NCBI GenBank assembly: GCA_026396015.1
Contig: JAPLXP010000007.1
Coordinates: 1 to 48,005, forward strand
Length of the DNA: 48,005 nucleotides
Direction: 5' to 3'
Source: Candidatus Nomurabacteria bacterium
GTDB lineage: Bacteria; Patescibacteriota; Minisyncoccia; Phycocordibacterales; UBA9973
Shown here: positions 1 through 7,290 of the stretch, one piece after another
Layout of the letters: every line of letters begins with the position of its first letter
How positions within the stretch are numbered: the stretch's first letter is position 1
Made by a program: the position numbers and the translations under genes
The notes under the pieces: model-generated
Told to the model about the DNA's origin: nothing
The model's input: the letters and a program-made list of their open reading frames with translations, nothing else
The model's database searches: none

Positions 1-407
1 AGAAAATTTCAGAAAAACAGATCAAGGAAGAAATAAATTTAATAAAAAATAAAATAGTAGAAATCACCACTGTTCTAAAAAAAGAACCCGAAACAGAAAC
101 GAAACCAAAGATTCGCATAGATTTACGAGGTTATATTTTTATAAAAGACCAACAAGAAAATGGTATGAAAGTTGGTGACAAAAAATTAGAGATTTTGAGA
201 GTTCTGTCAGACAAAAAACCTAAAACAATGTTTCAAATAGCAGAGATGGTTAAATACAAAGATGATCGAAGAGTTGTTCCCGCAATTACAGAAATAAATA
301 ATTCTATTAAAAAATTAACTGGTGGTAGCGATTTAATTATTAACCTTGGTGCTGGGTATTGTTTTAATACATCGAATCTTTTAATCTCATTTATAAATAA
401 AAAATAG
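1..407 (+). CDS. OmpR/PhoB-type winged-helix DNA-binding protein; 5' end lies outside the window
   Basis: The frame of the 165..407 track ORF stays open back to base 3 (KISEKQIKEE...IRIDLRGYIFIKD...). The C-terminal part fits the trans_reg_C pattern (KLEILRVL, VVPAITEINNSIKKL, GAGYCF). TAG stop, followed by a terminator. Confidence 0.55.
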   Translation, partial: KISEKQIKEEINLIKNKIVEITTVLKKEPETETKPKIRIDLRGYIFIKDQQENGMKVGDKKLEILRVLSDKKPKTMFQIAEMVKYKDDRRVVPAITEINNSIKKLTGGSDLIINLGAGYCFNTSNLLISFINKK

Positions 408-422
408 CCACTTATCCACAGT

Positions 423-456
423 AAAAAATAACCTTATTAAATAAGGTTATTTTTTT
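423..456 (+). terminator. intrinsic terminator
   Basis: ATAACCTTAT (428-437) pairs with ATAAGGTTAT (441-450); flanked by an A-run and a 6-T run. Confidence 0.7.
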
Positions 457-525
457 GCGTTAAATGCGTGTAGCGTGAGGATGCAGACAAGTTACCGACA
501 AAAAAGTTAATGAGACAATGAGTCC

Positions 526-687
526 ATGGTGATAATAATTACACGTAAGGCAAAAAATAAAAGAGAAACAAAGCAAATCAGAATAGTTTCAGATTTGCAC
601 GAGAAACTCTTATTTAAAGCAAATGAAGAGAATCTTACATTATCAAAGACGATTGAAAAAATATGTCGTCAGTATTTTAGCAAATGA
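526..687 (+). CDS. small ribbon-helix-helix (CopG/Arc-like) DNA-binding protein; not in the ORF track (53 aa)
   Basis: My translation: MVIIITRKAKNKRETKQIRIVSDLHEKLLFKANEENLTLSKTIEKICRQYFSK. It has a basic N-terminus, a beta-strand (KQIRIV) and a helix-helix layout. Its TGA overlaps the ATG of the next ORF (ATGA at 684-687). Confidence 0.45.
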   Translation: MVIIITRKAKNKRETKQIRIVSDLHEKLLFKANEENLTLSKTIEKICRQYFSK

Positions 688-872
688 TCAATTTAAGCAC
701 ACAAGCAATAGAAGAATTACGAATTGCTCTCCAAAAATCATATGGGGTTGATTTTGCTTGTGGCTTATCAGATGAAGAAGTTAATGAAATTGGGAATTTA
801 CTTATTTCATCTCTTGCAGAAAGTTTGAATGTAAAAATTGCAAAGCCTGAAGTGTCTACAGTAAGTATGTAG
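684..872 (+). CDS. hypothetical protein (62 aa), translationally coupled to the RHH ORF
   Basis: Track ORF; ATGA overlap with the upstream ORF; TAG stop. No recognisable domain. Confidence 0.4.
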   Translation: MINLSTQAIEELRIALQKSYGVDFACGLSDEEVNEIGNLLISSLAESLNVKIAKPEVSTVSM

Positions 873-1267
873 GTAGTTCAGGATCTGTAATTGGATCCAT
901 ACAATGTCATAATAAACTCTTTATGGGGCAGAGAGTATAACTAAGCTCCAACAAAACTTCTACTGCTTGGTTCAGCACAGAAGCAAAACCCTTAAGGAAT
1001 ATTAAGGTTCAAATGCGAAAGCTGGGAAAATGGTGGTCACGCCTTCCACCCAGCCATCTGATTTGCATCGTAATGTTTCAAGATATAAATGGAGTTATGT
1101 AAGTGAAATGAAATACCGAGTTTTAATCAAAACTAGTTTCACTGAAAGGTACTCGCATTGTATATCTCAAATACCTTGACTACATATTCAGATAAGTGAA
1201 GTTGATTTATTATCTTTTCTTATCACAAAACACCCTCTTGCTATAGCTAATATCGTAAAGGTAAGGC
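873..1267. other. ORF-free, relatively GC-richer, hairpin-dense segment (candidate structured RNA or cis-acting site of the mobile element)
   Basis: No ORF of 60 aa or more on either strand. Several local stems are visible, e.g. GCTGGG..(TGG..CCA)..CCCAGC, CTTCT.CTGCT/AGCA.AGAAG, and GTGAAA..AGTTTTaatcAAAACT..TTTCAC. Confidence 0.3.
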
Positions 1268-1549
1268 GTGGAGTGGGTAAAATTATTAAGTAAAAACAAA
1301 AAACAAATTATGAGAAGCATAAAAAGCAGATTTGATAAAATACAAAATAAGTATCCTTCTCTTGGAGCTTGTATTATTCTTGCTCAAGCAGTCAGAGGAA
1401 GAAGATTCACTCAAAGTTCTATAACGAGAGAATTCACGAAATTAGTGCCGAAAGATGAATATGACAAAAAGGAGCGTAGGACAATAATAAAGTTTCTTGT
1501 AGAAGTTTCAAACACCTTGGAGGACGACACGATAACAATGAAAAATTAG
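1268..1549 (+). CDS. hypothetical protein (GTG start in track; ATG at 1310 is an alternative)
   Basis: Track ORF, TAG stop, no recognisable domain. Confidence 0.4.
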   Translation: MEWVKLLSKNKKQIMRSIKSRFDKIQNKYPSLGACIILAQAVRGRRFTQSSITREFTKLVPKDEYDKKERRTIIKFLVEVSNTLEDDTITMKN

Positions 1550-1647
1550 CCGGTAAGAGAATTTAAAGGTCTGGTCAGTAAAGATATCATTAAGCACTAA
1601 AAGTTTCCCCAGAAGAGAAAAAATTACAAATATGTTAAAATTGTAAG

Positions 1648-1761
1648 TGCTACACCAAAGGAATTATAAAAATGTGCTATTTGTGCATTTTTGTATATAA
1701 AAACGAGGCAATGACCTTCCTTTGGTGTAGCAACTAAAAGTAATCGTCGTTGCCTCATTTT
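1648..1761 (+). promoter_or_regulatory. two interlocked long hairpins in the leader of the recombinase gene
   Basis: Perfect 16-bp stem 1648-1663 / 1717-1732 with a 53-nt loop. A second 15-position stem (13 Watson-Crick, 1 GU, 1 mismatch) pairs 1700-1714 with 1747-1761; its left arm lies in the first loop. A T-run follows, with the ATG at 1767. Confidence 0.4.
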
Positions 1762-1766
1762 TATTT

Positions 1767-3461
1767 ATGAATAATTACAAAAATCTAGATACAAGTAAAT
1801 TAAATTATATTATCTACTGTCGTAAATCAAGCGAGGGTGAAGATAAGCAAGTTCAATCTCTTGATACTCAATTAAGAGAATTGGAAGATCACGCAAAAAG
1901 AAATGGTTTAAATATAATAGAGGTTATTTCAGAGAGTAAAAGCGCCTTTAAAATTGGACGCCCAGGATTCGATAGAATGATGAACCTAATAAAAATAGGT
2001 AAGGCTAACGCAGTTTTAGTTATTCGTGCGAATCGTATATCAAGAAATTCTATAGATGCAGGATACGCAATTTCTTTAATGGATGAAAAGAAATTATTAT
2101 ACATCCGAACCCCTAATTCTACTTGTTACACATGCTCTTCAACAGACAAAATGATGATAGCTCTAGAATTGATTTTTTCCAAGAAAGATAGTGATGAAAA
2201 GGGTGATATGGTGAAAGAAGGACAAATGTCAAAAGCACTAAAAGGTATTCCTCATGGACGAGCTTGTCTAGGATTTTTAAATGACAAATCAGAAGAGAAA
2301 GGAAATAGAAAATGGTTAATAGATGAAATAAGGTTAGGTAAAATAAAAATATTATTGGATATGTTTCTAACTGGCACACATTCTGCTGGAAAGCTATATA
2401 AGTATGCAATAAATGATCTTAAATTAACTACTGTAGGCAAAAAAAGACAAGGAGGACAACTTATTGTAATGTCTCGTATTTATGAGATTTTAAAAGACCC
2501 AATTTATTCTGGATTTTTCTTTTACGGAGGAGAAAGGTATGAACTCGATAGGAATCTTCCAAGACTTATAACAGAGGCACAACACAATAAAATTAAACAA
2601 ATATTATCCAGAAAAAATATACCAAAATCACAACATCACGAAGCTGTATATGCAGGTTTTATACAATCAACAGAAGGAAACTATATGGGGTTAGATCCAA
2701 AGTTCCAAGTAATTTGTGATTGTAAGAAAAAATTTGCTTATAGAGATAAAACCCATTGTCCTCAATGTAGAGTTAATATTGATAGAATGGAGAATCCTAA
2801 ATATTTGGATTATTCGCATTATTATGATGTAAAGAAAAAGAAAGCTTCACTACCATATAAATGTATTTCTGAAAAAAATATTACGAAAGAAATGATTAAA
2901 TACATAAATGAAAATTTAAATTTCTCTAATGATTTATTGGAATGGTCTAAAAAATATATATATGAAATGAAAGACCAAGAAGTTTCAGCGAAGGTTTTAA
3001 TTTCAAAAGACAGAGAAAACAGAAAAGAAGATTATGAATTAAAAAAATCAAAATTAAGAGGAATGCTTCGTGATGGAAAAATAACAGACGATGAATACAA
3101 TATAGATCTTGAATTTTTAAATAAGGAATATACTGATACAAATATTGAAGTACAGAATGTGGATTGGTATCAAGAGATGATGGATATTACTAATTTGACT
3201 CAAGGTGTAGTTGAGGTATTGCAAAATGGTTCATTTCAATCAAAAAGAAACATACTTTCAAAGCTTGGTTCGAACCTAGTGTGGAATGACGAGAAACTCA
3301 GTATTTACAACAGAAAATCAATAGAAGCTCTTGTTAAAGGTATAAAAAGTATTAAATCAATATATCCAAAGTTCGAACCTAGTTTATCTTTTGCAGAGCA
3401 AGGCTTAAATGAAAAAACAAGCGAGTTTTCGCTTGTTAATTCTACTATGCTCCCCCGGTAG
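1767..3461 (+). CDS. large serine recombinase (integrase/resolvase family)
   Basis: N-terminal resolvase domain (YIIYCRKSSEGEDKQVQSLDTQ, ANRISRN), a recombinase domain, a zinc ribbon (CDCKKKFAYRDKTHCPQC) and a coiled-coil tail. The last 12 nt overlap tRNA-Asn on the opposite strand. Confidence 0.9.
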   Translation: MNNYKNLDTSKLNYIIYCRKSSEGEDKQVQSLDTQLRELEDHAKRNGLNIIEVISESKSAFKIGRPGFDRMMNLIKIGKANAVLVIRANRISRNSIDAGYAISLMDEKKLLYIRTPNSTCYTCSSTDKMMIALELIFSKKDSDEKGDMVKEGQMSKALKGIPHGRACLGFLNDKSEEKGNRKWLIDEIRLGKIKILLDMFLTGTHSAGKLYKYAINDLKLTTVGKKRQGGQLIVMSRIYEILKDPIYSGFFFYGGERYELDRNLPRLITEAQHNKIKQILSRKNIPKSQHHEAVYAGFIQSTEGNYMGLDPKFQVICDCKKKFAYRDKTHCPQCRVNIDRMENPKYLDYSHYYDVKKKKASLPYKCISEKNITKEMIKYINENLNFSNDLLEWSKKYIYEMKDQEVSAKVLISKDRENRKEDYELKKSKLRGMLRDGKITDDEYNIDLEFLNKEYTDTNIEVQNVDWYQEMMDITNLTQGVVEVLQNGSFQSKRNILSKLGSNLVWNDEKLSIYNRKSIEALVKGIKSIKSIYPKFEPSLSFAEQGLNEKTSEFSLVNSTMLPR

Positions 3462-3521
3462 GGAGCGAACCTACGACCAATCGATTAACAGTCGATTGCT
3501 CTACCGCTGAGCTACAGGGGA
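3450..3521 (-). tRNA. tRNA-Asn (anticodon GTT), CCA not encoded
   Basis: Hand fold: TCCCCTG TA GCTC AGCGGTA GAGC A ATCGA CTGTTAA TCGAT TGGTC GTAGG TTCGCTC CCTAC CGGGGGA G. All four stems pair; discriminator is G. Confidence 0.9.
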
Positions 3522-3690
3522 ATATTATGTTATCAAACATATCTGACTACTAATTATAATAATCAGAATTTGTTGTACAACCGCAATCGAAACAATCGAT
3601 GTCACTGTATTTTTCTGCTGAAAAATCTCGCGACCCCGGCTCGGCTCGCCAGCCTCCACCCTTGCTAAATGGGTCCCATCCCATTTCTCA

Positions 3691-3717
3691 CTCCACCGCT
3701 CTGCTACAGGGGAATAT
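3691..3717 (-). pseudogene. decayed duplicate of the tRNA-Asn 5' part (acceptor and D-arm) including 5' flank
   Basis: 24 of 27 positions are identical to 3499-3525, including ATATT upstream of the acceptor stem. The D-stem no longer pairs, and no anticodon or T arm follows. Confidence 0.55.
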
Positions 3718-3823
3718 ATCCATAATTAAATGAACGAGTATATAGTATCAAATATACTACTTTATTTCAAGGGGGTATTTATATTCTAAATATAATGGAT
3801 ATTTCTATGTTATAATATTTTTT

Positions 3824-4189
3824 ATGAAAAAATATAAAATAATTTTTTGGATTACAACGGGTATCATATTTTTATTTGAAGGTGTAATGGTAGCCTTCAC
3901 TTCTCAGACAGAGATGGCAGTACAGGGGATTACACATCTAGGATATCCTGTGTATTTTGGTAATATGCTCGCTGTATTCAAAGTATTGGGCACACTAGCA
4001 TTGATCATCCCTATGGTTCCTCGTCGAATCAAAGAGTGGGCATATGCTGGATTTATGATTGATTTTATAGCAGCGTTGGTGGGTATGCTCGTAGTGGATG
4101 GCTGGAGTGGAATGGTATTTATGCCTATCGCATTTATCGGAATACTAATCGCATCATATGTGTCGTTTGATAAACTAAATAAAATATAA
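3824..4189 (+). CDS. DoxX-like family membrane protein
   Basis: 121 aa with four hydrophobic segments. The sequence resembles the DoxX-like family (FEGVMVAF...LGYPVYF...LGTLALIIP...KEWAYAG). Confidence 0.7.
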   Translation: MKKYKIIFWITTGIIFLFEGVMVAFTSQTEMAVQGITHLGYPVYFGNMLAVFKVLGTLALIIPMVPRRIKEWAYAGFMIDFIAALVGMLVVDGWSGMVFMPIAFIGILIASYVSFDKLNKI

Positions 4190-4200
4190 AAATTTACATT

Positions 4201-4230
4201 AAAAAACACCACATGATCGTGGTGTTTTTT
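4201..4230 (+). terminator. intrinsic terminator
   Basis: ACACCAC (4206-4212) pairs with GTGGTGT (4219-4225); A-run before, T-run after. Confidence 0.8.
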
Positions 4231-4418
4231 AATGTATGCCTGTCTACTATAATCTATTTATGAAAAATCACCCAGAAACTACAGTTGGTCATATACATCT
4301 CACGGTATTGCACAAGGCTGCCTTACTGATGACTGGTGAGTATGAGGCGACAATGGTGGGAGAAAATTTTGCCGAAATTAAAAGAACCCATTAATTAAAT
4401 ATTTATGGGTTTTATTTA

Positions 4419-4772
4419 TTGTCTATAATTTGCTATAGTGACTTTGTGAATATATTAAATAAAAATACAGATAGATATCATGTTATTACAGCAGTGGCCT
4501 CTTTGTCTTCATTGATGGCTGTAGGTACAATAACCTTCCATTTCTTGGAAAAGTGGGATTGGGCAACTAGTTTTTATTTCTCAGTTATTACTCTGACTAC
4601 TGTTGGATATGGGGACATATATCCGACTACTGATGTATCTCGTATCGTCACCGCTTTTTATATATTGATAGGCGTCGGTGCAGTGCTAGCATCTCTGACT
4701 GTTATTGCTACTGATCGTATTAACAAGACAGCAGGTAGAATGCGTAATTTTGCGGACAATAAACAAGATTAA
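4419..4772 (+). CDS. minimal two-TM potassium channel (pore domain only); start codon uncertain (TTG 4419 or GTG 4446)
   Basis: K+ selectivity filter TLTTVGYGD between two hydrophobic helices. No cytoplasmic regulatory domain. Confidence 0.8.
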   Translation: MSIICYSDFVNILNKNTDRYHVITAVASLSSLMAVGTITFHFLEKWDWATSFYFSVITLTTVGYGDIYPTTDVSRIVTAFYILIGVGAVLASLTVIATDRINKTAGRMRNFADNKQD

Positions 4773-4898
4773 ATAGCATTTTCTAAAAAATGAATTTTGT
4801 GCTATAATGATTAAATAATTTTAAATAAAAGACTCGTACCAGTTACGGGCCTTTATTTATGTATAAATAATTTGTAAATTAAAAACTAAATAAAAAAA

Positions 4899-5831
4899 AT
4901 GAAGAGAACTTTTAAACTTTTTACTATCATTACTTTTTGTGTATTTTCACATAAAATTTACGCTCAACCATTCTATTCTGGGGAGATATTTATAGATAGT
5001 CTTACTTCAGGTAAAACTACTATAGGTATCTATGGCAAGTATGATCCTGTGGGTGTAAAGACCACAATCACAGCTTTTGCAAATGGTGTAGCTTGCTCCA
5101 TGGATACTGTATACAGTATAGGTGTGAACCCCTTTAATATCAGGATTGTGAATTTATCACCAGGTTCTGATTATTATGTATATTTATTTTTCTCAAATTT
5201 TTATGGTTCTGACACTGTTGACTTAGGTAGGATTACTACTCTTTACGATAATCACAACAATAATATTTTTAGGATTAAAAATACATTATTCACTAGGAAT
5301 ATAGGATCTAGTAATGTTGAGTTGCGGGGGATAATAGATTTGTCACCCAAATCAACAGCTGTAGCTTTTTGTGCTATCTATTCAGATAGTCTTTGTAAAA
5401 AGATGATTGGAAATATGAGCACAAGACTGAATTATTCAAATAATTATTCATTTGAATACATGTATGATTTATATTATAGTTTTAAAATAGACACACTAAA
5501 TAATTCTTCAGTGTATGGTAAATTTTGGGGTAGTGACAATATTGGTCATTCTGATTCTGATACTATTCCATTAAAATTAAATACTATAAATAAAAAAGGT
5601 ACTACATCTGGTGTTGATGAATTTGAATTTGGTAAAAAAGATATTTCGGTCTATCCGAATCCTGTAAATGACTTTTTGTATTTTTCTGAAACAGAAGATT
5701 ATAAAATATTTAATCTTTTTGGTCAGGTTGTAAAAAATAATCATGGTAACTGTGTAAATCTGAGTGATATACCTACTGGTATATATATGATTAATATTGG
5801 ATCAAAAAGAATTCAATTCTTCAAAAATTAA
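4899..5831 (+). CDS. secreted protein with T9SS-type (Por) C-terminal sorting domain
   Basis: Signal peptide MKRTFKLFTIITFCVFSHKIYAQ. The C-terminal ~70 aa (ISVYPNPVNDFLYFSETEDYKIFNLFGQVV...LSDIPTGIYMINIGSKRIQFFKN) match the type A CTD pattern (VYPNP..D.L.., G..V, GIY). Confidence 0.75.
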   Translation: MKRTFKLFTIITFCVFSHKIYAQPFYSGEIFIDSLTSGKTTIGIYGKYDPVGVKTTITAFANGVACSMDTVYSIGVNPFNIRIVNLSPGSDYYVYLFFSNFYGSDTVDLGRITTLYDNHNNNIFRIKNTLFTRNIGSSNVELRGIIDLSPKSTAVAFCAIYSDSLCKKMIGNMSTRLNYSNNYSFEYMYDLYYSFKIDTLNNSSVYGKFWGSDNIGHSDSDTIPLKLNTINKKGTTSGVDEFEFGKKDISVYPNPVNDFLYFSETEDYKIFNLFGQVVKNNHGNCVNLSDIPTGIYMINIGSKRIQFFKN

Positions 5832-5915
5832 ATGATAAAAGCTGTCGAGGAATCGGCGGCTTTTTCTATTGACATATTTTTTTATAAATTATAATCTATA
5901 TAAAAATTGAAAATT

Positions 5916-6512
5916 ATGAATATAACACAAAGTACCGAACCAGGAAACATTGTTGGAAACAAAGTTGTACTAAGACCTATTAAAGAAGAGGATCTTCAAA
6001 TATTTATGACGTGGGTGAATCACCCAGAAATATTTCATTATTTAAACAAGACCATGCCTATTACTTTTGAGGAGGAGTTGGCTTGGTACTACAGGTCAAA
6101 ACAAAATCCAAAAGATAGAATTGATTTTACTATTTTGGACAAAGAAACTGAAAATCCAATTGGGACTCTCGGTGTGCACCATATGGACAACATAAATGGC
6201 GTTGCTTACACTGGGACTATCATATCCACTGAATATCAGTGTTGTGGTTATGCCACTGAAGCCAAGATGTTGTTATTGAACTATGTTTTCAGTCATTATA
6301 ATGTTCGTGTTATTTACTCCTACATAAAAGGTTATAATGAAAAAAGTATAGCCTATGCTACAAAATGCGGTTATAAAGAAATAACAAGATTTCCTAAACA
6401 TTATTTTCGTGAGAGTGATGGTAAATATCACGACCGCGTGATAATGGTTGTTGAAAAAGATGAATGGATTAGAGATTATTGGACTGAGTATACAAAAAGA
6501 TATAATCTTTAG
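5916..6512 (+). CDS. GNAT family N-acetyltransferase (RimJ/RimL-like)
   Basis: VVLRPIKEEDLQIFMTWVNHPEI..., then a central acetyl-CoA-binding-like segment. The track starts at TTG 5907; ATG 5916 is preferred. Confidence 0.75.
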   Translation: MNITQSTEPGNIVGNKVVLRPIKEEDLQIFMTWVNHPEIFHYLNKTMPITFEEELAWYYRSKQNPKDRIDFTILDKETENPIGTLGVHHMDNINGVAYTGTIISTEYQCCGYATEAKMLLLNYVFSHYNVRVIYSYIKGYNEKSIAYATKCGYKEITRFPKHYFRESDGKYHDRVIMVVEKDEWIRDYWTEYTKRYNL

Positions 6513-6626
6513 AGATAAAAATAAAAAGTTGTCAAATTATTGGCAGCTTTTTTATTTTGCTTGAGCAAATCTTGACAATATTAATGTTTGGGTGTATAAT
6601 ATTTATAAATAAAAAATCAAATAGAA

Positions 6627-7226
6627 ATGAAAAAAAATATCGCAATGGCATTTTGTCTTGCAATTTTTGCAGGATCATGTCAGACCATAGAGTTAAAAAA
6701 TTATGGTAACAAAATTTCAAATCAGAATTCTACTGAAATCGTTGATTTTACTAAAAATTATCGGCAGTATCTATCTGATAAGGAGCTGCTGGAACACAGA
6801 GATGCAACTTTTTTAAATAAGGAAGAAATTCAATTGTTGGGTGTACCAGCAACCAAAAATTCAATTTATTTTAAAGAGTCATATCTAATGGAAGACAGCT
6901 GGAAGCACATTGTCGTACCAGCGGGAACTCTAGGTAAGGCTGTAAGGGTTAGCTCATCTCGGATTGAGACTATATTTTCCCAGAAAGATACAGTCATGTT
7001 TACATGGATGGAATTTGGTGAAGACTATCTCTTGATAGTAAAGAGAGACCCAGCACCTAAGATACCTCCAGGTATTTTAGAAAAGTATCGTTTTACGCAA
7101 GATTTTCAATACATAGATTATCTTGGGTCAAAATTTTATCTACTGGAAGGTAGAAATGAAAACAAATTACAGGTTCGTGTTAAAAAACTTGAACCAACAA
7201 AAATTGAAATGCAAGGTATTAAATAA
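6627..7226 (+). CDS. hypothetical lipoprotein
   Basis: Signal peptide with lipobox (LAIFAGSC). No recognisable domain. Confidence 0.55.
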   Translation: MKKNIAMAFCLAIFAGSCQTIELKNYGNKISNQNSTEIVDFTKNYRQYLSDKELLEHRDATFLNKEEIQLLGVPATKNSIYFKESYLMEDSWKHIVVPAGTLGKAVRVSSSRIETIFSQKDTVMFTWMEFGEDYLLIVKRDPAPKIPPGILEKYRFTQDFQYIDYLGSKFYLLEGRNENKLQVRVKKLEPTKIEMQGIK

Positions 7227-7250
7227 TTTTTTTGCATAAAATTAAAAATA

Positions 7251-7280
7251 AAAAGCTGTCGAATAATCGACAGCTTTTTT
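7251..7280. terminator. bidirectional intrinsic terminator between convergent genes
   Basis: AAAAGCTGTCG aataat CGACAGCTTTT. Confidence 0.8.
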
Positions 7281-7290
7281 GTTTTTAAAT

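Noticed and set aside
1889-3141. Minus-strand track ORFs 1889..2104, 2119..2409, 2252..2440 and 2947..3141
   Set aside because: They lie entirely antisense within the well-supported serine recombinase gene. Their sequences are low-complexity and hydrophobic, typical of shadow ORFs in AT-rich DNA.
3627-3717. The GC-rich block as a complete tRNA, tmRNA, SRP RNA or intron-containing tRNA
   Set aside because: Only the acceptor and D-arm 5' part resembles tRNA-Asn. The D-stem does not pair. The only hairpin has a 6-nt loop, there is no T-arm (no GTTCGA-type loop), and no 3' acceptor complement. No SRP or tmRNA signature motifs were seen either.
4260-4394. 44-aa ORF MKNHPETTVGHIHLTVLHKAALLMTGEYEATMVGENFAEIKRTH as a glyoxalase/VOC-family fragment
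   Set aside because: The resemblance rests only on a GHIHL-type N-terminal motif, and the ORF is too short to support a call. It may be a gene remnant between the DoxX terminator and the K+ channel gene. A hairpin at about 4385-4410 follows it.
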